From Eledone cirrhosa (taxonomy: Eukaryota): a DNA stretch of 64,000 bases. Positions 41,137 to 54,014 of the stretch are shown one piece after another. The DNA is taken from NCBI GenBank assembly GCA_964016885.1, contig OZ024742.1:263748001-263812000 (forward strand), in the 5' to 3' direction. The position numbers were made by a program, and so were the translations under genes. A model generated the notes under the pieces. That model was not told the DNA's origin, made no database searches, and worked only from the letters and a program-made list of their open reading frames with translations. Each line of letters begins with the position of its first letter. Position 1 is the stretch's first letter.

Positions 41137-43194
41137 AAAATTATATAATGGCAACTAGAAGTAAAAGCCGTAATTCAGCATTTGGATTTCCTGCAGAATT
41201 TCATACAACAATGACCCCATGAAAGTCTGATGTATCCCGACATTATTTATACATAAGAAAACGTGAAGAACATATATCAAATACTTCACCCACAGCGAAA
41301 GAATGCTACCGGATTGTTGCTGCAGATGTGCAAACAATATGGAACAAACTTTCTTTTCCTTATATTGAGTTTTAGGGAATAGCTCTAAAAATTGAGAGAT
41401 TGATTGAATCTGCTTAAAATGAAATACCTATCAAGCAAAGAGGAAATAGTTCTGATAAGAAATTAGAGGAGTTCAATGATTTGTTTGATATATGAACCTG
41501 CATGAGTTATGACAAACAAATAAAAAGATCTGACTCTAAGTGTGACATAAGAATACTAATAATGGAATGGGAGTCATTTGTTGGACAGAAACCAAAATCA
41601 GTTAGGGCCTGTAGATAGAGAAATAACTTCAGGTAGAAAAAGAACTGCAGAAAGAGGGCAAAGATTTGAAAACAGGAAGGCAAATATGCACTTAGACACG
41701 AACGTTGCTTCAACTAGTTATTAGTGCCAAAGTGATATTAATGAAGATAATTGTGACTCATGTGACAATGATGACGATGACATCGACTTTGTTCCTGACA
41801 ATGAACTGTGAGAAAATCAACAGAAAAGATTTACTTATGAGAATCTAGCCATCACATCAGAGAGATATCGGATAAGTTGCAGAGCTGCTGCTGCCATTTT
41901 TAATGCAGCTTTGAGAGATATGGGAATTTTAAATGATACAAATATCCTAAATAAGAAAAAAGTTGAAAGAGAAAGAAAAAGAGTTGGAAAAAATAATATT
42001 ATAAACATGAAAACAGAAAATACAAAGCTCGACTGCATCGGTTTTGATGGCGGCAGAAAGGATAAAACTAAAACAGCAAGAGGGATGGAAAAACAATAGG
42101 CCACGAACATCAAAAGGCTTAATTGGCAATAACATTAAAGAAGATGTAACAAACTTAAAGATAATCAAATTTGCTCCAGTAAAAACTAAAGTGAAGGAAT
42201 TGCCATTAGAAGTTGTTGATACCTTAAGCTCAGATAAAAAATATCTGTATGAAATGTGCCTCAGTATTGAGACAGGGTTTGTTTCTGAGCAGTTAGCAGC
42301 AACATCACCTGGTAAAATCCATGCAAGCTGGTTAACGCATGTAAACAGAATTCTTCGTTTATATGTTTCGGAAAAAAATCCCCGAAAGAATATTATGGAT
42401 CTTGTTAAAATCATACCGCAAGTTTATACTCCAAGCTGGTTGTGGATTAAATCTCACCCAAAGTTACATGAAGGATCAAGTAATGTTATATATATGGCAC
42501 ATCTAATGCAAGATACAAACTAAGATCATAAAGAAGTTATGGATAAATCGTTAAAAACTAATTCGTATTTTGCCCATCCGGAGAATATTTTACTGACTAT
42601 GTTGAATGATGGAAGAAGACAAATTAGGGAAATAGCAATTCAGCGAATTATTAAAGGAAGAACTTTTCCTCGAATGCCCCGTGAAGAATTAAGAAATTTC
42701 AAATTACCAAGCAAAATTAATTTTGAAGTACAGGATTGTGTTGATTTGATTAACTGGGAAAATTAAGTTATAACACCACCTTCAGTTTTACGGAACTTTC
42801 CAAATGTTGATTTTTTTAAAGATCGTTTCCGGTCATAGCCAAGGAATCGAGCATGCTCTCAATTTCGTGACAAAAGCTTCTGAAGTCAGAATACGCTACG
42901 AAAATAAACACAAATTCAAGACAAAGTTTACCTCACTTTGACTGGAAAAGACAATGGTCATTTAATTAAATAGTAAATACTATTAATGCTTATTTTATGG
43001 TGTTCACTGTTCATGTATTTCGTTTGCGGTTCGTGCATAGTTTTTTTTATTGCATATCATAATAGTCATTAAGAATTTACATTATTTATACGTTGAAAGT
43101 GCTTTTCTTAATATAGGCTTTTTTTTATTAAAAAAATTTAATACAAACTATATAAATAAATAAAGTCCAATAACTGTTTTTTCAGGTGGTGGGG

Positions 43195-43276
43195 ATTGCA
43201 TATGATTTATAAAAAGTTATATTGCATATGATTTATAAAAAGTTATATTGCATATGATTTATAAAAAGTTATATTG
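43195..43276. repeat. Three-copy 26-bp tandem repeat
   Basis: attgcatatgatttataaaaagttat x3. Confidence 0.92.
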
Positions 43277-43485
43277 GTAATATTTAACCAATACAAAGTT
43301 ACTACCATTAAAACAAGTTTACAGTTCCTTAAATTTTCAGTATTCAAAACGCAGAATTAGGGGGAGGGGACTATGCGAGGGGTGGGGTGATCGCATACGT
43401 TTTAAAATTTGTTCATTTATTTCTCACACCAAAATGAACACCAAGCCACATGTGGAATCAGAATATAAAATTTCGCCCCAACCAA

Positions 43486-44036
43486 TGCACAGTAGTGGAA
43501 GTTAGCTGCCCAGCAGATGCCAATATAATATTTAATATTAGCGGAAAGGAGAATATCTATGCAGAACTAATGAGAAATCTACAGATACTCCACCCTGACT
43601 ATAGCTTCAGATTTATGCTTGTAATTATTGGGGCACTGAGATATGTTAGTAACTGCCTCAGTACAAATCTTGAGAAGCTGGGCTTCACAGAAACAGAAAG
43701 GACACTAGTTAGGAATTTACAAGTACGATCCATTAGTGGAACAGTAAAAATATGTAAAACATTCCAAAAATGTTGCATCTAATAACTGCATGTACACATG
43801 TACAGATAGAAAGCATATGCACATGCACGCATATAAATCAAAACATACACATCCACACATACAATAACACCCATACCTACACACACATGCATGCATGCAG
43901 ACGTACATACATATCTACCTAGTTGATGTAGTGTAAATTCCAATGAGAGAGTCTTGTCTCTATGTTAGAAACCGACTCTCACTCTCTTGGTAAACATTTG
44001 TGAAATTATAAAACCAGAAGAACGAACATACATACA
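43486..44036 (+). mobile_element. R4/Dong-like LINE continuation (endonuclease end, 3' UTR, CATA tail)
   Basis: CTVVEVSCPAD resumes where WDREKK stopped at 40447; ends aaaccagaagaac..catacatacata. Confidence 0.92.
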
Positions 44037-44461
44037 TAGATTCAAGCTATGACATATCAAAGAAAAAGGGCAAACAACACTATATACAGTCAAGTCGGAT
44101 CTAACAGTAGTAAAACGAAAATTTGATTATTACAAATTATATCTGTAGAAGGGGTAGAAAATTTAATCATTAGCTTAATGATAAATTCTGCATAAAAATT
44201 GGTGGTGGGGGACAACATCAATTAATTGGATGTGTGTTTGCCAGAACAGATTCATCGTAATGGTGAGTTCTACCAGCTGTAGTGACTTTGAAGGTTCTAG
44301 TAACATGTAATCATTTCTGCCATTTACCAATCTTCATAATAACATTACGGGTAAATAAATTATATTCAAATATATTTTATAACATATCATCTCCCTCCTT
44401 TAGTTCATGGTCTGTTAGTTATATGGAAAATGAAAATATATTTAAGTGAAAGAATTATTAT

Positions 44462-44594
44462 AATTGTTTCTACTTTAGGCACAAGGCCAGAAATTACCCA
44501 GTGCATTACTGGTACTTTATTTCATCGACTCCGTAAGGATGAAAGGCAAAGTCAACCTCAGCGGGATTTGAACTCAGATCGTAAAGGGACGTAG
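44462..44594 (-). mobile_element. SINE family A, 5'-truncated
   Basis: TSD gaaagaattattataat. Confidence 0.9.
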
Positions 44595-44933
44595 CGAAAG
44601 AATTATTATAATGAAAGTTTAACTCTAGTGATAGTTGTACTAAAATGATATCAGCTTGATATTATGGCATTTATATAATGGACGAGTATCCGAGAGATAA
44701 AAGACAGACTCAAGAGAATCGGCTTATCAAATGTTGAGTGCATTTGCTTTGAGATATCACATTTATAAAGTGCTTTCCTCTCTTTCATTATATATCTACA
44801 CCTTTTCGCTTCTATCTAATTATTCTAGTTCTTTCATATACTCTCTCTCTTTCTCAAAAGCAGAATATACACATACTAAGCTACCTACCTACATACCTAC
44901 CTACCTATCAATCTATTTATCTATCTATATCCT

Positions 44934-44983
<50 letters not shown>

Positions 44984-44995
44984 GTCTCTCTCTCC

Positions 44996-45076
<81 letters not shown>

Positions 45077-45209
45077 TAAATATAAATTCAGCGAGAATCG
45101 CATTTCGGCGGGTAGAAAAAGCGAAACGTAACGCAAATTGCTATATATATATAAATATATATATATATATAAATATCTAATATATATATATATAAAAATA
45201 TATATATTG

Positions 45210-45266
<57 letters not shown>

Positions 45267-45338
45267 GGGGGGGGGGGACGTGAGTGTGTGGGTGTGTGTA
45301 TATAACAAATAGTTTTATCGCTCTATAAGGCTGAATAC

Positions 45339-45565
45339 AAGAAATGTAAATCTGAGTTTTTCGAATATTAATAATAATATTCGATTCGTTTGCAATTATG
45401 CGAACAGCCTCTTTAAGCCATGTGAGTAGATGACCTCGTCCATTCTTGCTCTTGTATCGGCAAAGAATGACGTAGTCATTCCACTCACATGACTTAAAGA
45501 GGCTGTTCGCATAACTCCAAATGAATCGAATATTATTAATATTCGAAAAACTCAGATTTACATTT

Positions 45566-45568
<3 letters not shown>
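45339..45568. repeat. ~230-bp foldback (inverted repeat, ~110-bp arms)
   Basis: aagaaatgtaaatctgagtttttcgaatatt... is the reverse complement of ...aatattcgaaaaactcagatttacatttctt; pairing continues to a ~10-nt loop. Confidence 0.92.
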
Positions 45569-45643
<75 letters not shown>

Positions 45644-45771
45644 GTAATTCCGTCGGAAAGGTCCAGGAATAAAGAGTGCTCTATGTAGGTTACAGAGCTT
45701 TTCCAGCCTCACTTTCATATAGATTATATTTTTGTTTTTAAAATCCACTGTCAATAAATACACCAGGATTT

Positions 45772-45832
45772 TTTCATTCTGATGATTGAAAGCAAATTTT
45801 GTTTGCTTTCAAGAAACCACTGGTAAATGAAA
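45772..45832 (+). ncRNA. Type I hammerhead ribozyme, intact core
   Basis: tttcatt-CTGATGA-ttgaaagcaaa-ttttg-tttgctttcaa-GAAA-ccactgg-TA-aatgaaa; 7-bp helix I, 11-bp helix II. Confidence 0.88.
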
Positions 45833-45857
45833 TAATTATCTTATGTTGTTTATTACA

Positions 45858-45915
<58 letters not shown>

Positions 45916-46192
45916 ACATTATTATTAATGTTCGATATAACCCATACGTACATATGTATAAGTATATATGTGTGTATATGTATATATATATGTATATATA
46001 TGTGTGTGTGCGTGCGCATACTTACATTTATGTATCAGCTGTGCTAGGGTGAGAAATTAAATTCCAATTTTATTTTTAATATTCGACAAGGCCAGCCGTA
46101 ACTCGCCCGGTATGCAAATGAGGCTACTCAGCCGATGTGTACTTAAGAAAATACTATGTATTTTCAACCGTTCAACAGACTGGCAGTGGTAT

Positions 46193-46235
46193 ACAATCCT
46201 GATGAAGGGTAATGACCCAGAAACATGTAGATTGT
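46193..46235 (+). ncRNA. Minimal hammerhead ribozyme, intact core
   Basis: acaatc-CTGATGA-a-gggt-aatg-accc-a-GAAACATGTA-gattgt; palindrome acatgt. Confidence 0.85.
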
Positions 46236-46316
46236 TCCTGAAAGCCAGTGTTGAACAAACTGGTGACGATCGGTCACCGGCACGTCACAGCTTCATATCG
46301 GGCCGTTTCTTTATAA

Positions 46317-46414
46317 AGGTTAACTTTGCCTTTCATCCTTACGAGGTTGATAACATAAAGTACCAGTAATACACTGAGGTAATTGCTGGCCTTGTGCCAC
46401 AAGTAGAAACAATT
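46317..46414 (+). mobile_element. SINE family A 3' fragment
   Basis: aggttaactttgcctttcatcc...gtagaaacaatt. Confidence 0.85.
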
Positions 46415-46471
46415 ATTAATGTTCGATATAACCCATACATAAATGCATCAGCTGTGATAGAAATAATATTC

Positions 46472-46524
<53 letters not shown>

Positions 46525-47144
46525 TTACTTACCTACATATATACATTCATGTATACATGCATGCAGACACATTCATACACGCAAAAATACACGTACACAC
46601 ACATTTGTCATAACTTTTATCAAAATCTTATGCAAAACACGAAAAAAAAGCCTGTTTTGAGATAAGAATGTTTCATGCATACAAGTGTGGATACATGTAT
46701 GTATATATTAGCATACAATTGTATGCTATGATTTTTTTCTTTAATAACTTTTCCTTTAAGAATAGGCTGTTTTCTGACTGAAAATAAAATCTACGGTATT
46801 GGAAATTAGATAGCAATAACAGCAAAAAGACGCATGTTGAATTTTAACGAAGACTTGCATATTTCACTAATCTACATAAGCATTGAATTCACTGAATACC
46901 TTTTCGATATTTCTATGAGAAAAAAATCTTAGATTATGAGTAAGGAGATTAGAATGACTGGCCTGTGTACTTCCCGAGAGAGTTCTCTTGAATGTGAAGA
47001 TAAATGGGGGCTGGTAGAGTTATGAGATATTAGCTTTAGTGATACTTCTCGTCAAAAGCAAGGGAGAAAACTCTGAAATTCAAATTTTCATTAAGTCTAT
47101 TTTAAGTTATCGTCATCTGACAACTACTCCAATAGTCGCGTGAG

Positions 47145-47191
47145 AACGCCTAACACTGTTTCGGGATTTCGATCCGTCTTCAGTAACATTT
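47145..47191 (-). ncRNA. Minimal hammerhead motif, slightly decayed
   Basis: Minus strand: aatgtta-CTGAAGA-cggat-cgaa-atccc-GAAA-cagtg-TT-aggcgtt. Confidence 0.65.
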
Positions 47192-47221
47192 ACTCAGTCG
47201 CCACTGAGGCAAACTATACTA

Positions 47222-47484
47222 TGTGTGCGTGTGTGTGTGTGACAGCTCACACCTATGCAGGTTTAGCTGGCCTTCTCCAAGGTATATCTCGTTAGAGGTG
47301 TCTTGGGTAATTTAATGATAGGGATCCCAGTCCTATCATCTCATTTCTACAGCTGAGTAAACTGGAGCAACGTGAAATAAAGTGTCTTGCTCAAGGAAAC
47401 AACACACAACCCGGTCCGAGAATTGAACTCACAACCTTTCGATTGCAAGCCCAATGCTCGAACCACTAAGCCATGCGCCTTCAC
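47222..47484 (-). mobile_element. CORE-SINE with a different 3' tail from the 14185 copy
   Basis: 47341-47483 is the reverse complement of the 14185 head+CORE; TSD aaactatactat. Confidence 0.85.
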
Positions 47485-47649
47485 TAAACTATACTATAGC
47501 CTAATACATTTAAGGAGGTAATCATTTCTATATGGCACATATTTAATGGGTTGGTATTAATTAGCAGTAGCACTAACACAGCTTAATTCATGATAGAAGC
47601 ATATATAAAAGCATATGCAATATGTTCAACGAGATTATATTATTATCTT

Positions 47650-47829
47650 GGTGGATTGACAGGATCGGTAGAGGGTCGGACGCCATGCTTTGCACCATAG
47701 AGTTGCGGCCCTTTATGTTCAAATCCCGCCGAGTTTAACTTTGCCTTTCATCCTTACGGGGTCGATAAAATAAAGCACCAGTAATACACTGGGATAATTG
47801 CTGGCCTTGTGCCAAAAGTAGAAACAATT
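47650..47829 (+). mobile_element. SINE family A
   Basis: A/B boxes; TSD attattatctt. Confidence 0.88.
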
Positions 47830-47842
47830 ATTATCTTCATGT

Positions 47843-48230
47843 CTGGTCAGTGACATCTACACCAAGGACAATGCCCCCTGTCACAAATCAACCTTGCTGA
47901 CCAACTACTTGGCCAATATGGGGATCAAGACTGTCCCTAATCCTCCCTACAATCCAGACATAGCCCCATGTGACTTCTGGATGTTCCTGAAGCTGAAGGA
48001 GAAGCTCCGGAGTATCTGCTTTGAGGATGTGGAACAGATGAAGGAGGCTGTGACAAGCACCTTGGACACCTTCACTTAGGAGGACTACAAGAGTGCCTTC
48101 CAGAAGTGGCTGGAGCACTATAAGTGCATTGAAGTTGGAGTACCCTACTTTGAGGGAAACTAGAGTTTTGTGTTGATCTGAGTTAAATATATGTCTCTCT
48201 GGTAAGTCTGAAAACCCCTTGAGTGTACTT
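47843..48230 (+). mobile_element. Mariner transposase C-terminal remnant
   Basis: HQDNAP-like motif, PPYNPDIAPCDFWMF (YSPDLAPCDF), FQKW..YFEG. Confidence 0.88.
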
Positions 48231-48452
48231 TATTTATAAATATTGTATATGCTTTTATATACGTCTACCCAGAAGAACGTGTACCTATGTTCCTTACCCG
48301 TTTAGGAGACTAGTTGACATATCTCTCCATCTTACCTCTTATACACAGCACATGTCCACGCGTCTCTGTTCAAGCCTTTCTACATGAATATATATATATA
48401 TATATGATATATATTTTCCTCTCTCTCTCTCGATATAATGTATATATATGTA

Positions 48453-48544
<92 letters not shown>

Positions 48545-49245
48545 TGTGTGTGTCTGTGTGTGTATTTCTCAGTATATCTGTATGTGTAAAACCAAAAACG
48601 CACGCTAAGAAAGTAACAAGCAGTTTTAAATACGTTAGCTTGACCAGTTCAGAAGACAGTGAGGCTGTTTTCATAATAAGCTTCTCATTTATAATTAACA
48701 TCATTATTCAGAAACATCCCATACAGGATAAAGTTCTATGATAAGCATTATGTCAGTGTATTTTATCAATAAAGACTGCAGCGAATTTTAAGAATGCGTA
48801 ATGCTTGTTTAGCACTACTATCAATTTTTTTTTTACAAGTTTACATAAATTTATATATTGATTTTTTGTCGTTATTAATTATTTCGATATTTTCACCATC
48901 TTTCTATCCCTTGTTCTCTCTCTCTCTTTCATTCAATTAATGAAGCCCCATGGAAGCTACAAAGTATGTTTTATTGTTTCACTGAGTGTAAATTGAAAAT
49001 TGTGAAGAAAAATATTACTAAAAGAAGAGATCAAATAAAATTATAAAACGAAGCGCAACTAATTCTCGCTAGCAAATACAAAGAGTGTTGAACTGACCCG
49101 TATTTTCTAGGTTATCAGCAATCGAGTGCTATTGGACCCTAGCAATTCAAAACATCAAATATCGACAATCTCTCAATTGACTTACAAAACACCCGGACGT
49201 TATCTCACATCTCAAACATCAAACAATCCACACAATGTCGCAACA

Positions 49246-49302
<57 letters not shown>

Positions 49303-49512
49303 CAATCTAATGTGTCTCATTGTATTAGTTGTATTTATGTGCCATTATATACAAATATATATATATTGTGAGTATGTGTTGGTTGTTTACCAACACCTGA
49401 GTATGCAGGTTGGAGCACTCGACGAAGTACGCAGGTTGGTTTGTTTACTCCGGAGTAATGTAAAATAAGTAAGTCAAACATGTTAAATTTGGCTTCGTTT
49501 ATTACAAATTCT

Positions 49513-49565
49513 CTGCTATATATATTTCAGTGGCAGCTATTATTGGTTGTGACCTCTTCAGGCAG
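49513..49565 (-). ncRNA. Hammerhead motif with atatatat helix III
   Basis: Minus strand: ctgc-CTGAAGA-ggt..act-GAAATATATATA-gcag; helix II partly decayed. Confidence 0.65.
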
Positions 49566-49821
49566 TAGGAATTAATGTAGAAAGAACAGGTAAACATGGT
49601 GTTGAAATGTGTTTCACTCTGTCAATTCATCGATATGTCCAGCTCCTGGCTGTGTTGTTAGTTCTACGAGGAACTGGAATCATATTTTATATATACTGGA
49701 ATCATATTTTATATATATATATATAGGTAAGTTATTCCGGGTTGAATCGGAGGTAACCACAGTAAGTAAGGTACTCAATACATAGCAGAGTATAAAAGTT
49801 TAATATAGATGAGATTCTACA

Positions 49822-49862
49822 GGACTAGAACTGTTTCATTCTTTAGAAATCATCAGGAGTCT
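49822..49862 (-). ncRNA. Minimal hammerhead motif, decayed
   Basis: Minus strand: gactc-CTGATGA-tttc-taaa-gaat-GAAA-cagt-TC-tagtc. Confidence 0.55.
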
Positions 49863-49967
49863 GGCTGTCCAAAATAAATGTTGTGGTATTTATATCTTTT
49901 CAGGTGGTAGGAGAGGGTGGGGAGTGGGATGGGTGGAGGTCATTGGTTGATATATATATATATTACA

Positions 49968-50028
49968 AATCTGATGAGAACGCAGATATCATCCCATGAT
50001 GATATTTGTTTTTGAAATGCGCATAATA
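49968..50028 (+). ncRNA. Hammerhead motif, intact core, helix I almost lost
   Basis: CTGATGA-gaacgcagatatcatc-ccat-gatgatatttgttttt-GAAATGCGCATA; perfect palindrome atgcgcat. Confidence 0.75.
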
Positions 50029-50077
50029 AAATACTTGGAACTCTTTTAACAATCTTTTGATCTTATATTATATATAT

Positions 50078-52999
50078 AAGGGAAATCGCAGTAGAGTCGC
50101 CTTTGACCCGGGTTCAAAGCCTGTTCCCTATTATGCTTGAACCACTCAGTCAATTCCGTCTTAGGAGGTGGTGCGTTAGCAATTCTTTCGACACCTCTTC
50201 TAGTGTCCTGAAAACAGACCATTTGCCTATTCTCTAAGTGAACGGTCAGTTTCTGAACGCTGGGTTTGCGTTCATTGAGATCAAAATCGAACAATCTCCA
50301 GCAAGCTTCGCTCCAATCGAGCGAACATCCTGGAACCTGCCAACTTCATCTCCTTGGTTCGCTTCCTCATTCCTGACATTGAGCATTGCCCGATCATGAC
50401 CTTTGTAAACATATTTGAATAGATATTTGCAAGTTTTCACTGAGCTACAAATTTCCACATTAATATATGACAACGATATTTCATAATCAAATATGGATTG
50501 TATGGCACAACCCATTGATTTGTAACATGTCGACCGTTTACATTTTTGACCAAACCGCCATCTTCAGGCGACCGTCTTCTATATGAGGGATGAGCATCCC
50601 CATCGTTCCAGGAAGTGTTCGTGACAAAAGATTTCGGAAAGTGCATTGGCCATTTTTCATGCAAGGCGCTTTCCGATTTGCCACTCCGCATTGGTTGTGC
50701 ACCAATGACTTTGCCACCAAGTTGCGTAGTGCACAATATCAGGACGGTCCTTTGGCTGTTGTCCTGGCAAAAGTGCATCCTTAATATCAGTCCATTCAGG
50801 ATTGCATGCAACCGTTATAAACAAATCTGGCTTTCCAAACTTTCTGACAATAGCCATTGCATCCTGATAGCGAATGTTCATATATCTCGGGCCGCCGATG
50901 AACGACGATGACAAAATGATGCGTCGACCAATTTGCTTGTAATTGGCATCATCGGCTGTTATCGTGTCCTGTATATTATTATACAATTCAGCTCTGATAT
51001 GTTGCTGATGTGTAGTTATATAATTTAGCCTTTGATTTTCGATCTTTGCGAATGCCATACAAGAGTATTCCTGGAACAATCTGCTGGCTTGAAATAGCGC
51101 ATTTCTCTGTTGATTCCTCTCGTTCAAATTGAACGCGTAAAAGTCGCGAATCGAATTATTGTATCTATTGCCACCTCCCTGTTGATGCTGATTCTCATGA
51201 TCATCTAAATGAACAGACATGTTCCATCCATTTTCACCTTTGGGGAATAAAAGAACATAATGCAATTGATCGTATGCCCTATTTGACTCATTGATAATCT
51301 TGAGACCACCATCTCTGCGATTGAGGACGATATCTCTCGATCCAGGCTTATCGTCCATCAACACAGCAACTTCACGAAATCCTTCAGGGGCATTATATCG
51401 CCGTTCGTGTTGATTCCTTGGCACTGCGTCAGCCTTAATCACCAATGTTTGCTGCTGAACATTTTGCAGTTCAGCCACCAACATGAAATCCATAACATAA
51501 GGATTACACTGTCTAAACCATGATTGCAAATCACGGATCAAATCACTTAACCTTTGCCGTTCAAGTTCAGTCATATTTCCCGGCAACTTCATCCAACCGA
51601 TCCTGATATCCTCCTCCGATTCACTACAATCTGGATCGTTAACGTAAATTTGAGCGAATCGAGGCCTCTCTCCTGAGGTAACTTCTAAATTACCGATACA
51701 ATGATACAAACGGCCTTGAATGACTACATTCGGTTGCCATGCTCCACTCTAAAACATCTCACTAACTCTCTGCGTTGCTAAAGCTAAGGAATTGTTAATT
51801 TGCCGCGAATATTTGCGCAGTAATCTACCTCGGTTTCCTTGATCACCCCACATACTTAGTATTTTAAACTCCGATGACTCCTCATCATCCGGCATTCGCA
51901 AGGGTTCTAGTTGAACTGCTCCTTTATGACAGCACATTGTGGTCCACGTCTTTTCGTGCCTCCAAAGCAATGCTCCACAATGTGGACACTCTGCTCGTCC
52001 ACCAATCTGAAAATGACACGGTTGCCATGATCCATTTTTAATATCATTCGTTCGCCTTCTAGTCTCTTTACTGGAATGAGGAGCACTTTGGCGACACATT
52101 CTCTGGACTTCTGTATTGCGCTGGCGCTGTTCAGCCAGCTCCTCTTCATCCATCGCAGCACGCCATTGCTGTTGGATTCTGGCCATCTGCTGATGATACT
52201 CATCCAGTTCGTCTTCAACCATCGCAGCACGCCGTCGCTGCTTGGCTCCAGTGTTTCGTTGGGGTTGATCAGCCAGCTCCTCTTCATTCATGGCGACACG
52301 TCTTCGCCTCTGAAGTTCGGCGTTCCGATGGCGCTGCTCGGCCCGTTTTTCTTCATTGCTAGCTGCACGCCGTCGCCGCTGTAGTTCACTGTTTGATAAA
52401 GTCGAATTGCTTTTATTATCAGTATTCATTTCGAGCAATTGTCAAAAAATGACACAATAATAAATATAAAAGATGTCCGGCAATGTAAAGAAAGGTCCCT
52501 TTTTACTCCCTTCACAACTCTGTGTATGTTAGACTGACAGACAGGCACAGATAAACTGCGTGGCGATTGTGGAACGCCACACACATACAAGCATGGAAAC
52601 GCGCACACACACGCAAAGTTACACACGCACACACTCACATATGTTGATAGTTTTTACTTTCTGTGGAACGCTGCACGCACGCACGCACACATAAACATAC
52701 GCGCACGTACATACACACGCACACATGTTAATAGTTATTGCTTTCCTTCCCCTCTTATTTCCACTCACACCACACACACACACATCTTTACACTGACACA
52801 TATACATAGTGTATCCAACACAGCGTTCACTTTTCCTCTCTGTTTCTTACTCTCCTCTCTCACTCCCTCATTGGCATTGTGCATATTAATTTAAGTTTGG
52901 CATCATTGAGGTGGGCGGAGTCGTTTGAAACTTATGAACCAATGATAATCGAGAATTATGACACACGGAATACTGACATTGTTGAAATTAATATATAGA
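50078..52999 (-). mobile_element. Helitron 5' part with decayed Rep (RepHel N-terminal) coding region; helicase absent
   Basis: 5' TC at 52999; CPHCGALLW..CCHKG; FIGGPRYM..YQDAMAIVRKFGKPDLFIT..CNPEW; VVPYNPYL; INVEICSSVKTCKYLFKYVYKGHDRA. Confidence 0.93.
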
Positions 53000-53906
53000 C
53001 TAGCTGACGTACCCAGCTTCGCCCGGGTAAACAGATGATAAGAGAAGACAGGTAAAAGAGAAAATGTCTGTATTGGATGTTTGTCTGGTTACAGTATGCG
53101 GCGAATCCGTGGTGTCTGTGTGATACCAAAAAACAGTAAAAAAAATCTTCCAGATATACCAGATTCTTCGTCGTACCGTTTGTGCATAGTATATGAACAA
53201 TTCTAGGTGCTCGGACCTAGAATAGTGACCTCTAGGAGATGGTTGATCTTCTGCCTGACTGTAAAATGTGTATCATTGCATAGATGTGGTTGTTCCACGT
53301 TTCTCAAAAGGATGATGGAAGTTCCAATCTTTTATATTATATGTATATATAGATATAGATAATTAATATAAAAGATGTCCGTCAATGTAAAAAAAAGGTC
53401 CCTATTTACTCCCTTCACAACTTTGTGTATGTTAGACTGACAGACAGACACACAGAGAGATAAACTGCGTGGCGATGGTGGGATGCCGCACGTACACACA
53501 TACACGCATGGAAACGCGCACACGCACGCAAACTTACACACGCACACACTCACATATGTTGATAGTTTTTACTTTCTGTGGAACGCTGCACGCACACACA
53601 CACACAAACATACGCGAAAGTACATACACACGCACACATGTTAATAGTTATTGCTTTCCTTCCCCTCTTATTTCCACACACACCACACACACACATGTCT
53701 CTACACTGACATATACATAGTGTATCCAACACAGCGTTCACTTTGCCTCTCTGTTTCTTACTCTTCCCTCTCACTCCCTCATTGGCATTATGCATATTAA
53801 TTTCAGTTTGGCGTCGTTGAGGTGGGCGGAGTCGTTTGAAACATATGAACCAATGATAATCGAGAATTATGACGGAATACTGACATTGTTCAAATTAATA
53901 TATAGA
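53000..53906 (-). mobile_element. Non-autonomous/composite Helitron (duplicate 5' ~540 bp plus a ~360-bp TC..CTAG unit)
   Basis: 53365-53906 duplicates 52460-52999; hairpin cccgggcgaagctggg and CTAG at 53000. Confidence 0.88.
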
Positions 53907-53933
53907 TGTTTCTAGTGTATTTGTTAAAGAAAG

Positions 53934-53967
<34 letters not shown>

Positions 53968-54014
53968 CACACATACATACACATACACACACACATATAT
54001 ATATATGTATGTAT

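Larger units (their letters stand above)
40448..43485 (+). mobile_element. ~3-kb cut-and-paste DNA transposon, tentatively hAT-related (hATm-like); transposase pseudogene ~41200-42950
   Basis: FDGGRKD, LSSDKKYL, SPGKIHASWLTHVNRILRLY, NSYFAHPENILL, HSQGIE; subterminal inverted repeats 40561-40598 and 43360-43397; splits the R4/Dong ORF. Confidence 0.75.
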
